A stretch of 64,000 nt of DNA from the human T2T-CHM13v2.0 reference genome, Homo sapiens. The translations under genes and the position numbers were made by a program. Position 1 is the first letter of the stretch, and the number at the start of each line of letters is the position of its first letter. The DNA is taken from NCBI RefSeq assembly GCF_009914755.1, contig NC_060935.1, one strand, 5' to 3'. The notes under the pieces were generated by a model, which saw only the letters and a program-made list of their open reading frames with translations, had not been told where the DNA came from and did no database searches. Below, in pieces: positions 63,833 to 64,000 of the stretch.

Positions 63833-64000
<168 letters not shown>

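Overview
Human (primate) genomic DNA, recognisable as chr11q24.2 (the locus assignment is from memory). It contains a 3'-truncated OR8-family olfactory receptor pseudogene (~10.3-10.9 kb, probably OR8Q1P) and the complete PANX3 gene (+, 4 coding exons, 392 aa). It also contains the complete TBRG1/NIAM gene (+, 9 coding exons, 411 aa, CpG-island promoter) and the last seven coding exons of SIAE (-, 388 aa up to the stop), which converges on TBRG1. All 20 exons were spliced by hand with GT-AG boundaries and consistent phase. About 23 Alus, old L1/L2/MIR fragments, MaLR LTRs, MER DNA transposons and a 5S rRNA retropseudogene fill the rest; most ORF-track entries are repeat artefacts. No new protein-coding gene was found. 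The most interesting signals are: (1) a non-Alu inverted repeat (~180 bp, ~79% identical by hand alignment, old L1-derived) that exactly brackets SIAE exons 6-7, a candidate back-splicing stem; (2) a tailless 5S pseudogene keeping its Pol III internal promoter and a T4 terminator, antisense within the SIAE 3'UTR; (3) a TBRG1 uORF whose stop overlaps the main start (ATGA); (4) candidate alternative TBRG1 exons; (5) an INO80E/TFPT-like coiled coil in TBRG1; (6) a 112-bp near-perfect palindrome made by fold-back duplication.
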